DNA of 64,000 nucleotides from Candidatus Latescibacterota bacterium (GTDB lineage Bacteria; Latescibacterota; UBA2968; UBA8231): NCBI GenBank assembly GCA_965203355.1, contig OZ241889.1, positions 3,072,001 to 3,136,000 of the forward strand, read 5' to 3'. Shown piece by piece: positions 54,159 to 64,000 of this stretch (position 1 is its first letter; each line of letters starts with the position of its first letter). The notes under the pieces were generated by a model. It saw only the letters and a program-made list of their open reading frames with translations, ran no database searches and was not told where the DNA came from. The position numbers and the translations under genes were made by a program.

Positions 54159-55142
54159 ATGTATAGAGCTGGAGTCATTGGCTGCCGCGGCATTGGCGTC
54201 CAACACGCCACTGGGATTGTTGGGTCAGACCGCGCCTGCCTCGTGGCCGCTTGCGACCTCGACGAAGCGGCCCCCCGCGCGTTTGCACAGCACTGGCCGG
54301 ACGAAGATCTGGCCCTATATAGCGATCCCCGCGAGATGCTGGCTGGCGCATCGCTGGACATTGTCACCGTCGCCACCTCGGACCACCGCCACGCCGACCT
54401 AGTCGTCGATGCGGCCAACGCCGGGGCCAAGGGCATCTTCTGCGAAAAGCCGCTGGCCACCAACCTCGCAGACGCCGACCGCATGATCGCCGCTTGCAAT
54501 GCCAACACCACCACCTTGTCGGTCGATCACACCCGGCGCTTCATCCCTTTGTGGCGACACGCCAAAGAGGCGATCGTCGATCAAGGCATCATCGGCCCGG
54601 TGCAATACGTCGTCGGCACACTCTCCGGCCCCCGCGCCATGCTCTTCCGCAACGGCACCCACACCCTCGACGCTATCTGCTACTACGCCGGCACACAGCC
54701 CGAGTGGGTAGTGGCCGAGTTGGAGGAAGGCTACGCGGACTACGCCGAGTATCGCGGCGATGGTGGCCATGTGCCAGCCACCGAGCCAGGGGCCAACGGG
54801 TACATCCATTTTGCCGGAGGAGTGCGGGGCTTCTATATCGGCGGCTCCAAGACCACGCCAGCACCCAAGCAGCAAATCGAAGTAGTCGGCACCACCGGAC
54901 GCCTACTTTTAGGCAACAAAGGCATCCTATATCGCGGCGAAGAGCCCGAACCCCTCGTGCCGCCTTCTTGGCCGCTCGAGGGCATCCCGGCCGGCATCCA
55001 CGAATTGATCGCCGCGATGGACCAAGGGGTCGAGTCGGTTTCGCCGGGCCGGGCTGGCCACCTCGTGGTGGAGTTGATCATCGGGTTTTTAGAATCGCAA
55101 AAACAAGGCAACGTGCCGGTGCCTATTCCGATGCCGAGGTAG
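54159..55142 (+). CDS. Gfo/Idh/MocA oxidoreductase
   Basis: GVIGCRGIG, CEKPLA, GTHTLD. Confidence 0.9.
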   Translation: MYRAGVIGCRGIGVQHATGIVGSDRACLVAACDLDEAAPRAFAQHWPDEDLALYSDPREMLAGASLDIVTVATSDHRHADLVVDAANAGAKGIFCEKPLATNLADADRMIAACNANTTTLSVDHTRRFIPLWRHAKEAIVDQGIIGPVQYVVGTLSGPRAMLFRNGTHTLDAICYYAGTQPEWVVAELEEGYADYAEYRGDGGHVPATEPGANGYIHFAGGVRGFYIGGSKTTPAPKQQIEVVGTTGRLLLGNKGILYRGEEPEPLVPPSWPLEGIPAGIHELIAAMDQGVESVSPGRAGHLVVELIIGFLESQKQGNVPVPIPMPR

Positions 55143-55438
55143 TTTTTCGTCTGCCGCGGAAACTAGTCGGCAAGACAAGATACGTACCTTTGATTACCAG
55201 CCATCTGGACCAAATGTGAAGCTACACCGATGGCCATCCCGCGGGTGCTTGCGGTGGTTTGACGACGCGAACGCTTCGTGGTTACATTCTGCCTCTAGGC
55301 TCTTGGTTATATTCATCTCAACTATATGACTTATACACGAACGATTTGGGCGTCAGACGGTCCCTCTTGCGCGAGGTATTCGGGTTAGTGGAGTTCGAGA
55401 GCATCAACATTGCGATCGTCAATCCTTAGGATGGCGGC

Positions 55439-57568
55439 ATGACCAAGACGACCGAGGCCTCTGCCCGCGTCAATATCGACGCCCTGCTCCAAGACGCGGA
55501 CTGGAACTTGACTGACTGTGTAAGCGTACTGTTCGAGTACGCACTGCCCGACGGAACGCTGGCCGATTACGTGCTCTGCGATCGGCAGGGCCGCCCCATG
55601 GCGGTGTTGGAAGCCAAGCGCGCAAGCACCGATCCGATCACGGCCCAAGACCAGGGTAAGCACTACGCCGAACAGCTCGGTGTGCCGTTCGTGTTTCTGT
55701 CGAACGGCGAGGAAGTGTGGTTCCTCAACCGCGAGACCGATGCACACGCGCGCAAGATCGCGGGCGTCTATGCCCAAGACGATCTTGCGCGGCGGATCGC
55801 CGTACGTCAGAACCGCCGCGCACTGTCAACGGTCATCATTGACCGGAAGATCGTCGACCGCGATTACCAGATCGAATGCATCGAGGCACTTTCCGCCGAG
55901 GTCTCGCACGGGCGGCGCAAGCTGCTGGTCGAGATGGCGACGGGAACCGGCAAGACACGCACGGCGGCGGCGTTCATCAAGCGGCTGTTCGAAGCGGGGA
56001 TCGTCACTCGCGTCCTGTTCTTGGTCGATCGGATCGCGCTGGCCCGGCAGGCCGAGGATGCGTTCACCGACCATCTCCGAGACTATCCCTGTCACGTGTT
56101 GCGGCCCGGCCGCGGCTTTGACCGCGCCAAACGCATCGCGATTGCGACCCTACAGACCATGATCGCGGAGTACCGCACTCTTTCGCCGGGCTATTTCGAT
56201 CTCGTAATAACCGACGAATGCCACCGCTCGATCTACGGCAAGTGGAGTGGCGTACTACGACACTTCGACTCCATCCAGCTCGGCCTCACAGCAACACCCT
56301 GCACGGCGGATACCGACGCGCTCCTCGATCCCGAGGACGGGCGGTTCGTGCGCGACACGTTGCGCTTCTTCGAACTCGCCGAACCCACCTTCCGCTACAC
56401 GCTAGGCCGGGCCATCAAGGAAGGCCATCTAGTGCCCTACCACATATACAAAGCGATGACGGTAAAGACCGCCGCCGAAGGCGGGTTTGAAGTCAGGCGC
56501 GAGGAACTCGACTGGAGCGCGATGGACGGACAGACGCGGGAGGAATTCGAGGATCTGTTTTCTAACTCGGCCGCGATAACAGTCGATCCGCAGGCATTGG
56601 AACGCAAGTTCACGATTCCCGAACGTAACCGTGCCATGGTGCGCGAGTTCCGCGATGTACACGAGAAGGGTTTCATGGGCCGGGACGGCATCAGGCACTG
56701 GCCTGCATGGGGCAAGACCATCGTGTTCGCGGTGACCCGGCGTCATGCCGAGACCCTTGCGGTGATGTTCGACGAACACTTCGCGGACCGGAAGCCTCAC
56801 CCGATGACGCGCTATGCGGACTTCGTGGTCAGCGATGTAGGCGGCGGTCCCGCTCCCGACGCAAGTGCCATAATCAAGCGATTCAAGGAAGAGGAATATC
56901 CGAAGATACTCGTCAGCGTGAACATGCTTGATACCGGTTTCGATTGCCCGGAAGTCGTGAACCTCGTCATGGCGCGGTTCACGCGAAGCACCATCCTCTA
57001 CCGGCAAATGCGCGGGCGCGGTACACGCAAGGCGGCACACATCGGCAAGACGGGATTCACTATCTTCGACTTCGTCGGGGTAACGGACTTTCACGGCGAT
57101 GACCATGGAGATATAGCCCTCGGAGAACAGAGAGAATCCTACAAAACGGACAGGCCGCGTATGCTACTGACGCTCAACGTGGACGATCATATTGACCCGG
57201 AGAGCCGCGACTGGCTGACGCTCGACGAGACCGGACGCATCATCCGCTCTCCCGAACACGAGGCGTGTGCCGCCGAGATTGGCGTACGTTTCGAGTCGTG
57301 GCGTGGAGGGCATGGCGAGTTCGACGCGGAGCAGGCCCGCTGGGCCGGGCTGATCGGAAGCCGGATGCGGGCCGACGCGACGAGCATGGATGCTTTCGGT
57401 GTATGGAGCTTCGACGAACACCCCTTTGCCGCCCTCGGCGGCTACGATCAGGCGCGGCGCGTGTTCGGCGGTGAGGGAGCACTCGGCAAGCTGATCGCTG
57501 GAATCAACGCCGCGGTGTTCAGACAACAGCAGACAACCAGCCGGGCCGACAGCGCCGAGGAGCGATAG
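55439..57568 (+). CDS. hsdR: Type I restriction enzyme R subunit (compact EcoAI/EcoEI-like)
   Basis: ADY...VLEAK nuclease motif, MATGTGKT, DECHRS, LTATP, MLDTGFD, QMRGRGTR. Confidence 0.9.
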   Translation: MTKTTEASARVNIDALLQDADWNLTDCVSVLFEYALPDGTLADYVLCDRQGRPMAVLEAKRASTDPITAQDQGKHYAEQLGVPFVFLSNGEEVWFLNRETDAHARKIAGVYAQDDLARRIAVRQNRRALSTVIIDRKIVDRDYQIECIEALSAEVSHGRRKLLVEMATGTGKTRTAAAFIKRLFEAGIVTRVLFLVDRIALARQAEDAFTDHLRDYPCHVLRPGRGFDRAKRIAIATLQTMIAEYRTLSPGYFDLVITDECHRSIYGKWSGVLRHFDSIQLGLTATPCTADTDALLDPEDGRFVRDTLRFFELAEPTFRYTLGRAIKEGHLVPYHIYKAMTVKTAAEGGFEVRREELDWSAMDGQTREEFEDLFSNSAAITVDPQALERKFTIPERNRAMVREFRDVHEKGFMGRDGIRHWPAWGKTIVFAVTRRHAETLAVMFDEHFADRKPHPMTRYADFVVSDVGGGPAPDASAIIKRFKEEEYPKILVSVNMLDTGFDCPEVVNLVMARFTRSTILYRQMRGRGTRKAAHIGKTGFTIFDFVGVTDFHGDDHGDIALGEQRESYKTDRPRMLLTLNVDDHIDPESRDWLTLDETGRIIRSPEHEACAAEIGVRFESWRGGHGEFDAEQARWAGLIGSRMRADATSMDAFGVWSFDEHPFAALGGYDQARRVFGGEGALGKLIAGINAAVFRQQQTTSRADSAEER

Positions 57569-57572
57569 CACC

Positions 57573-59204
57573 ATGCCCATGACCCCAGAACTCCGGCGCG
57601 GCATCGACCGCATTCGCGATTATCTCTTCGGCGGCGGCTACCCGAACCCAGCCCAGAACGCCGAGCAGCTCAGCTTCCTGATCTACTTTTATATGTATGA
57701 GACGGCCGACGCGGCGCGGGTGCGGGCGGCGCAACGGCCGGGTGCCGCCCCGTATGCCAGCACCTTCGAGGGCGAATGGACACTGCGCGACCCGCGCAAC
57801 GCCCCGAGCCACGGCACGAGGGCCGTGTCCCGCGAACTCCTGCGCTGGTCGTCCTATGCACAAGCACTGAACGGCGAGCGGCTGGTCAACTGGGTACGGG
57901 AGGAGGTCTTTGCGTTCCATGCCGAACTCGCGGCAAACGGCATCACCGACTTCATGGACGGTGCCCGCTTGGTGATCGACGAGCCGACCGTGCTCACTCA
58001 GGTCATCAGCCAGTTGAACAACCTGCATCTCCACCGAGTGGACGCCGACACGAAGGGCGATCTGTTTGAGCACGTACTGCGCCAGATCAGGCAGGCGGGT
58101 GAGCTCGGTCAGTTTCGCACACCGCGCCATGTCATCCGTGCCTTGATTCGGCTGGTCGATCCGAGGATTGGCGAGACGATCTTCGATCCGGCGGCGGGCA
58201 CGGCGGGCTTCCTGGTCGGCGCGTGGGACCACATCCGTCTCGCCAATTCGTCTCCCGCTGGGATCGAGGAGGTCGAGGCCGACGGCAAGACCGTGCGGCG
58301 CGGCCTCGGTGACACGTTGAGTCGCGATGCGGTCAAGCAGTTGCAGGAGGCGACCTTTCACGGCGCGGACGTGGACCCGCAAATGGTCCGCCTCGCAACC
58401 ATGAACCTCACTCTGCGCGGGCTGGACCGGGTGCGCATCCTGCGGCGCGACGCGCTCACCCGCTCTCTCGACCGCCCGGCCAAGGCGGAGCTCGGCCTGC
58501 CGCCGGACGGGTTCGACGTCATCCTCGCCAATCCGCCATTCTCCGGGCGGCTGGACCGCGACCGCATCGTCGAGGCGGTGAAGGTCGGGCGCACGGCGCA
58601 GACCGAACTGCTGTTCCTGCAATACATGCTCAACCATCTGAAGGAGGGCGGACGCTGCGGCGTGGTGGTGCCGGAAGGCGTACTGTTCGGTTCCACCGCA
58701 GCGCACAGGGAGCTGCGCCGAAGGCTGATCGAGAACAACCGGGTGGAGGCAGTACTCTCGCTGCCGGGCGGCGTATTCAATCCCTATACCGGCGTCAAGA
58801 CCTCGGTGCTGGTGTTTCGCAAGGGTGGGACGACCGAGCGGGTGATGTTCCTCCACGCCGAGAACGACGGCTTCAAGCTCGATGCCAACCACGACCAGCC
58901 CATTGACGAGGACGACCTGCCCGGCCTGGTCGAGGCTTTCCGCGAGCGGGACGCACGATGGACGGCGTGGCGCGACCCCGACCCCGACGAGAACTGGGGC
59001 GAAAACTGGTGGTTCGCCGAGGCCGACGCCATCCGCGCCGCCGACTTCAACTTGAGCGCTAACTGGCACAGGCCGCTGAACAGGGCGAAGGTCGAGCACC
59101 GCGACCCGCTGGAGATTCTCAAGGAACTGCAAGGCATCGAGATGCAAATCCTCGGGGAGATCGACGAACTGGCCGAGGCGGTGCGGGGAGCAGTGGGGGA
59201 ATGA
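57573..59204 (+). CDS. hsdM: Type I N6-adenine methyltransferase
   Basis: GQFRTPRH, DPAAGTAGFL, NPPF, VPEGVLF. Confidence 0.93.
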   Translation: MPMTPELRRGIDRIRDYLFGGGYPNPAQNAEQLSFLIYFYMYETADAARVRAAQRPGAAPYASTFEGEWTLRDPRNAPSHGTRAVSRELLRWSSYAQALNGERLVNWVREEVFAFHAELAANGITDFMDGARLVIDEPTVLTQVISQLNNLHLHRVDADTKGDLFEHVLRQIRQAGELGQFRTPRHVIRALIRLVDPRIGETIFDPAAGTAGFLVGAWDHIRLANSSPAGIEEVEADGKTVRRGLGDTLSRDAVKQLQEATFHGADVDPQMVRLATMNLTLRGLDRVRILRRDALTRSLDRPAKAELGLPPDGFDVILANPPFSGRLDRDRIVEAVKVGRTAQTELLFLQYMLNHLKEGGRCGVVVPEGVLFGSTAAHRELRRRLIENNRVEAVLSLPGGVFNPYTGVKTSVLVFRKGGTTERVMFLHAENDGFKLDANHDQPIDEDDLPGLVEAFRERDARWTAWRDPDPDENWGENWWFAEADAIRAADFNLSANWHRPLNRAKVEHRDPLEILKELQGIEMQILGEIDELAEAVRGAVGE

Positions 59205-60358
59205 GCTTCCCCGTCGTGCAATTGGGCGATCTCTGCGAGATGGATCGCCAAGGACTTGGCCCAGACGACTGCGCGGCGGCGGGACTTCCCTACGTCGGTG
59301 TCGAGAATGTCGAGTCGCACAATGGCACCATCAATTTCGCCAACGGATCGCGCGTCGGAAGCCAAAGGAGCACGACTTTCCAATTCGACGAGCGTCATAT
59401 CCTCTATGCAAAGCTCCGACCTTATCTGAACAAAGTCGCAACTCCAGATTTTTCGGGCAGATGCTCGACCGAGTTGGTTCCACTTCTCCCTCGGGACGGT
59501 ATCGATCGCGAGTTCATTGCGTATCTTCTTCGGCGAAACCAGACCGTCGAATATGTCATGGCGTCGGTAACCGGTTCCCGAATGCCGCGAACAGACATGA
59601 AAGTGCTGATGTCGCTACCGGTGTCCCTCCCCCCGCTCGACGAGCAGCGGCGGATCGTCGGCATCCTGAACCGGGCGGCGCGGATCGAGCGGCTGCGAAA
59701 GCAAGCGCAGGCGTTGATGCGGGAATTCACACCGGCATTGTTCGTGAAGATTTTCGGAGACCCGGCCACGAACCCGATGAGGTGGGACAAACAAAAACTT
59801 GGAGAAGTGTGCTTCGAAACCGAGCAACGCGATCCCGGAAAGAATCCTGCAAAGGAATTTCGGTACGTGGATATTTCCGGAATTGACAATGTCAGTAAGA
59901 AGATCAATGAGTTTCGCTTGATTCTCGGATCAGAAGCTCCGAGTCGCGCCCGGAAGGAAGTTAGAAGAAATGACGTACTCGTATCCTCCGTAAGACCGAA
60001 CCTCAACGCGGTTGCCATTGTTCCAGATCACTTGGATGATGGAATCGCGTCTACAGGGTTTTGCATATTGCGGGCTGACCGGAAAATCTTGGATCCCCTT
60101 TATCTGTTCCTGTACGTTACATCTGCCCATTTCATCGACATTATGGTCTCGAAAGCCCGGGGCGCAAACTATCCAGCTGTGTCCGACAAAGACATTAAGG
60201 ATATTCAAATCCCTTTACCGCCACTTCATATACAAAGACGTTTTTCGGACATTGCGGAAGCAGCGCAAAACGCTGTAGAGCGTATTGAGCTTGGCGACCG
60301 AACTGCCGCAGCATTGAGTGCCTCTCTCATGTCTCGTCTTTTGGAAGATGCGATATGA
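59201..60358 (+). CDS. hsdS: Type I specificity subunit
   Basis: Two TRDs; PPLDEQRRIV and PLPPLHIQRRF repeats; lower GC. Confidence 0.92.
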   Translation: MSFPVVQLGDLCEMDRQGLGPDDCAAAGLPYVGVENVESHNGTINFANGSRVGSQRSTTFQFDERHILYAKLRPYLNKVATPDFSGRCSTELVPLLPRDGIDREFIAYLLRRNQTVEYVMASVTGSRMPRTDMKVLMSLPVSLPPLDEQRRIVGILNRAARIERLRKQAQALMREFTPALFVKIFGDPATNPMRWDKQKLGEVCFETEQRDPGKNPAKEFRYVDISGIDNVSKKINEFRLILGSEAPSRARKEVRRNDVLVSSVRPNLNAVAIVPDHLDDGIASTGFCILRADRKILDPLYLFLYVTSAHFIDIMVSKARGANYPAVSDKDIKDIQIPLPPLHIQRRFSDIAEAAQNAVERIELGDRTAAALSASLMSRLLEDAI

Positions 60359-60460
60359 CCGACATCGTGAGCAGCAAGCGATGGGCACTTCGTCATTCCC
60401 GCCTACGTGTTCGATCTGGTCAACGCCTTGCTTGTGCCCAAAGGGGTCGATTCAGTTTTA

Positions 60461-60985
60461 TCAGTCATCTGGATACTCCCTATCTGTATCAATCAAGTCC
60501 AGCCGCGTGGAAATCTCTTGCTGAGGCAGGAAGACCGTGCTGTCCGCTTGCCAGACTTTGAGGGCTTGAGTCAGTAGCGATTTATCACAGACCCCCTTGG
60601 CGGCGAGTTCGTCAATAACCCAAAGCACACCGTGTACACGAATTCCATTTTCGGCAGCGACTCTACGCAGTAAAGCGTCGCCGGTAAGCAGGATGCTAGG
60701 GTAAACTCGTGCAGTAACAAGACAGAAGCAGTCATTGGCAGAGAGGCGCGGATAGTGCTCCTTGAGTACGAGGGCTTGACCGACCTCAGCCGGTATCAGA
60801 TCATGCGTGATCATGCCGGCGTCGTCGAGCATTTGCCACTGGCTCTCGGAAAAGTCGAGTATTTCGAACTCGCGCACGGGCAATGGAACCACGAAGCGAT
60901 AGGGTAGATCGCATAGCACGGGCAATAGACCACCTTTGCGGAGGTCAATCAGACAGGAAGCATCGTTGACGATGATGCACGTCAC
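60461..60985 (-). CDS. PIN-domain protein
   Basis: GTG start overlapping the upstream stop; IIVNDASCLIDL, LSANDCFC, LLTGDALLR, VHGVLW. Confidence 0.8.
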   Translation of the reverse strand: MTCIIVNDASCLIDLRKGGLLPVLCDLPYRFVVPLPVREFEILDFSESQWQMLDDAGMITHDLIPAEVGQALVLKEHYPRLSANDCFCLVTARVYPSILLTGDALLRRVAAENGIRVHGVLWVIDELAAKGVCDKSLLTQALKVWQADSTVFLPQQEISTRLDLIDTDREYPDD

Positions 60986-62061
60986 TCGCTCGTCGGGCCG
61001 CTGATCTGCCGCTCGACGGAGGCGAGCGACTGATTGAGAAGTGCCGCTGCACGTACCGGCGAAATCAACTCTTCGCCCACTGCACGCGACACGAGACGTT
61101 CGAAACGATATGGCTTTTCGAAGGCCGCAAACCCGTGATCCTCGCCGATGGGCTCCGGTTCCGACTTGCGCCAAGAGCGCGCGAAGGTTGCGAAGGCGCG
61201 TTTGACGGCGCTGGAGGATAACACGCCGACCTGCCCCAGACGCATCAGGACGGCCGCCGCCGAGACGCCGTACATGTGCTTCAGGCGGATGATCTCGTAA
61301 TACGTAATCCAATGCCGGTCGCCGCCTACCTCGTCCCGCAGATGCTGGCTGGGGACAAGGAATGCGCCGGCGAACCTGTTCATGGCCGCCTCCATGTCGA
61401 TCGCTGGGTTTCCCGTAGAGCGGATGATTCGGTGGGCAAACTCGTGGGCCAGCGTGAATCGTTTACGCTCGACGTTGACCCGGCTGGACACCATAACGGC
61501 CTCGGCGATAGTCTCGCCACCCCGCAGTACGTGACACGACAGGCCGTTGATGCTCTCGGGGAGGTCGGCTTCGATCACCTTGATCCCCTTATCCTCGAGC
61601 AGTTCGCACAAGCTGGGAATGGGATCCATGCCAAGGTCCCAAGCCTTGCGGAGATGATCGGCCCTCTCGTCGATCTGGGTTTCGCTCGCGACGCAGTCGT
61701 ATCGGTATGCCTCCACCCAGCCAACGTCGGTTGGCATGTCGAGGATGTGCTCAATCACCAGATAACGTTCCAAGCTGTCGATAAGGATCGCTTCGGCTCT
61801 GGCACGGTCACGAGCCGAAGCACTGGAATGCCTTCGGAACTCCACCTCGTCGAGTGCCTCAACCTGTCCACTCATGAGAAAGTCCAGCGATACACTGAGA
61901 GCCTTGCCGAGCCCGACGAGTACAGCCGATGAAGGCAGCATCTTGCCCGCCTCGTACTTGCTAATCGCCTGAGCGGTCACCTTCGGAGTCATCGCGTCTG
62001 CGAGGGTACGCATGGAAAGGCCTGCCCGTTTGCGGGCGAGCCGAAGTCGCTGTCCGAACAT
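60982..62061 (-). CDS. XRE HTH + ImmA/IrrE Zn metallopeptidase fusion
   Basis: RLRLARKRAGLS...ISKYEAG HTH; RFTLAHEFAH, EAAMNRFAGAFL. Confidence 0.92.
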   Translation of the reverse strand: MFGQRLRLARKRAGLSMRTLADAMTPKVTAQAISKYEAGKMLPSSAVLVGLGKALSVSLDFLMSGQVEALDEVEFRRHSSASARDRARAEAILIDSLERYLVIEHILDMPTDVGWVEAYRYDCVASETQIDERADHLRKAWDLGMDPIPSLCELLEDKGIKVIEADLPESINGLSCHVLRGGETIAEAVMVSSRVNVERKRFTLAHEFAHRIIRSTGNPAIDMEAAMNRFAGAFLVPSQHLRDEVGGDRHWITYYEIIRLKHMYGVSAAAVLMRLGQVGVLSSSAVKRAFATFARSWRKSEPEPIGEDHGFAAFEKPYRFERLVSRAVGEELISPVRAAALLNQSLASVERQISGPTSE

Positions 62062-62087
62062 CCTCAGGGTCTCCTTGTTTAACCAGT

Positions 62088-62125
62088 GGTTGACAATTTA
62101 TGTATTCTTCAGGATATTGTAAACC
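62088..62125. promoter_or_regulatory. Overlapping divergent sigma70 promoters inside an inverted repeat
   Basis: GGTTGACAAT-N18-ATTGTAAACC; plus strand TTGACA-17-GATATT, minus strand TTTACA-17-TAAATT. Confidence 0.7.
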
Positions 62126-62213
62126 TCAAGTTGGTACCATCCACATAACCCCAACTTCGTGGCTGCAAACCGCCTGATGGTGCCAGAAACCAGATAGCAC
62201 AGAGGTGATTGAC

Positions 62214-62456
62214 ATGAAAAAATGCGAATTCAAAGTGAACGGCGAAACCTTCTTCGCGGACCAACAGTCGGTCGACGTGGCCGTGTTGCTGCGGGTCGCG
62301 TTCGAGGGAAAAGCGATCGGTGGGGATCCCGATAAGACAGGGTACGTGCTGAGGGTACCAGACTCGGAGGAGACCTTCGTTTCAGGCGAGACGGTGGACC
62401 TCGACAAGTACAACGTATTTCGGGCGACCCCGGAAAAGGGTGCGCCGTTCGCATGA
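62214..62456 (+). CDS. Ubiquitin-like (multi-ubiquitin-type beta-grasp) protein
   Basis: FKVNGE...Y.L......GETVDL....F.ATP pattern; first gene of an E2/JAB/E1 operon. Confidence 0.7.
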   Translation: MKKCEFKVNGETFFADQQSVDVAVLLRVAFEGKAIGGDPDKTGYVLRVPDSEETFVSGETVDLDKYNVFRATPEKGAPFA

Positions 62457-62878
62457 GCAAGAACTCCGAGCGCATGGCCGCGGAACTCGTCGAGTTGCGC
62501 CATCGGCTGGGCCCGTTCACCGCGCCCAACCAACAGGGCGGTGCGGACGGCGTTTGCTTCGAGTACCGGATCGAGGACGGTAGCCGCACCGGGGACACCG
62601 TAACCTTGGCAGTCGCAGTCCACGAAAACGAGGGCGAGTGGCCCGAAGTGGCACCGCACTGGGTGTATATCTCGCCGCCAGATACTGTTCTGGCCGAGCA
62701 AGTGAAGGGGGGGCAGCCGCCGGGAGCCGTCGAGACTTGGCAATGCGCCGAGGGGCACGACTGGATGGCGATCAGCGCTCCGCCGAGCGATTTCTGGGAT
62801 CGGATCGACACACCGAACGGAAAGAACATGCAGACCTATCTGGACAGGCATATCCGCAGAATCTGGAGTGCTCGTTGA
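62453..62878 (+). CDS. Prokaryotic E2-like conjugating protein
   Basis: WPEVAPHWVYISP (YP..PP-like) and WMAIS motifs; lies between Ubl and JAB-E1 with overlapping stop/start codons. Confidence 0.62.
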   Translation: MSKNSERMAAELVELRHRLGPFTAPNQQGGADGVCFEYRIEDGSRTGDTVTLAVAVHENEGEWPEVAPHWVYISPPDTVLAEQVKGGQPPGAVETWQCAEGHDWMAISAPPSDFWDRIDTPNGKNMQTYLDRHIRRIWSAR

Positions 62879-64000
62879 GGCACCGCATCGTCCTGCGCGA
62901 AGTGCTGCACCGACAGCTCGCGGATCATCTGCTCAGCGGCATGCGGCACGGTGGGATGCAAGAGGAGGCCTGTCTTGCACTGTGGCACCGAGCCGACGGG
63001 TTCAACCGCTATACCGGGATACTCGGTGAGGTATTTCTCCCGGAAGATGGCGATCGCGATCTGCAGGGCAACGTTACGGTCCACGGCAAATACCTCAACC
63101 GCGTTCTGGACCATGCGATCGAGGCTCAGGCGGGCGTCGCGGTCCTTCACAGCCATCCCGGTCCCGGTTGGCAAGACCTGAGCGGCGTGGACAACGACAC
63201 GGAGCGCAACATCATCGCGCCCTTCATTCGAGAGACCGGGCTGCCTCTGCTCGGGCTGACGATGGGTTCAGACGGTGCCTGGAGCGCACGGTTCTGGCAG
63301 GAGTCCGTGTGCGGCCGGATCGCACCTGTGCATTGCACGGATGTTCGGCGGGTCGGGCCGCGCCACACCGGGGCGGACTGGCATCCGGACGCGTATCCGC
63401 CCTACGCTCGGCGTCCGAATCTGGTGAGGACCATCGACAGTTGGGGTATCGATGCACAGGCAAGGCTGGCGCGTACGCATGTTTGCGTGGTCGGTGCAGG
63501 AAGCGTTGGTTCGATCGTGCTCGAATGTCTCGCACGTACCGGGTTCGAAGAGATCACCGTCCTCGACCCGGACCTAGTCGAGGACAAGAACCTCGACCGT
63601 CTGATCTACGCTGATCGGCACTGCCTGGGATTGCGTAAAGCGGAGGTAGCCGCGGCACACCTCCGCAGAGTCGCCACTGCGCATCGTCCGGTCATTCGCC
63701 CGGTGCCATTTTCGATCCGCACCGAGCAGGCATACCGTCTGGCCGCCGACGCCGACATTATCCTGTGCTGTGTCGACAACGCCGAGGCGCGCGAGGTTAT
63801 CAATCACCTCGCCTACGCAAACTGCCTTCCGTTGATCGACGGCGGCGTTCTCGTGGAGTCGCGAGAGCGTCTGTTGTCCGCGAAATGGCAGGCCCATCTG
63901 GTTGGCCCCGACATGCAATGCCTGCGTTGTCGCGGTCAATACAACAGCGGTGATGCTCGAGATGAGCGGATGGGTATCAGGCGTCACGGACGCTACATCA
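62875..64000 (+). CDS. JAB/MPN peptidase fused to ThiF/E1 (runs off window end; absent from ORF track)
   Basis: Manual translation from TTG 62875: ...QEEAC...HSHPGPGWQDLSGVD (JAMM motif)...VVGAGSVG...DPDLVEDKNLDR...CVDN..AR...CLRC. Confidence 0.88.
   Translation, partial: MRHRIVLREVLHRQLADHLLSGMRHGGMQEEACLALWHRADGFNRYTGILGEVFLPEDGDRDLQGNVTVHGKYLNRVLDHAIEAQAGVAVLHSHPGPGWQDLSGVDNDTERNIIAPFIRETGLPLLGLTMGSDGAWSARFWQESVCGRIAPVHCTDVRRVGPRHTGADWHPDAYPPYARRPNLVRTIDSWGIDAQARLARTHVCVVGAGSVGSIVLECLARTGFEEITVLDPDLVEDKNLDRLIYADRHCLGLRKAEVAAAHLRRVATAHRPVIRPVPFSIRTEQAYRLAADADIILCCVDNAEAREVINHLAYANCLPLIDGGVLVESRERLLSAKWQAHLVGPDMQCLRCRGQYNSGDARDERMGIRRHGRYI

Overview
GC-rich bacterial chromosome window. The FlgD-type and 'WGxIK' C-terminal motifs suggest a Latescibacterota/Gemmatimonadota/Poribacteria-like organism (inference). 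1-12 kb is housekeeping: start of the dcw cluster (mraZ-rsmH-ftsL-ftsI), trmB, a MerR-iscA-iscS-moeZ sulfur/Fe-S operon, cysK, a thioredoxin-domain protein, ssb, a thiolase and tRNA-Ala. 13-40 kb is the main candidate system. A sensor kinase and sigma54 activator are followed by five copies of a triple-palindrome enhancer plus sigma54 promoter. These precede three paralogous Sec-signal, six-cysteine, EGF-like mini-peptides, three ABC permease paralogs with local hypervariable patches, four paralogous secreted proteins, a glycosyltransferase-transglutaminase fusion, a GT2, DUF1573-like, TPR, NEW3-like, TolC-like and ABC ATPase genes. 40-55 kb holds metabolic genes and an 1888-aa Ig-repeat surface protein bracketed by repeats. 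55-64 kb is a defence island: type I R-M, an HTH-ImmA + PIN pair, and a divergent Ubl / E2-like / JAB-E1 ubiquitination-like operon that runs off the window end. All calls come from reading motifs; no database searches were run.
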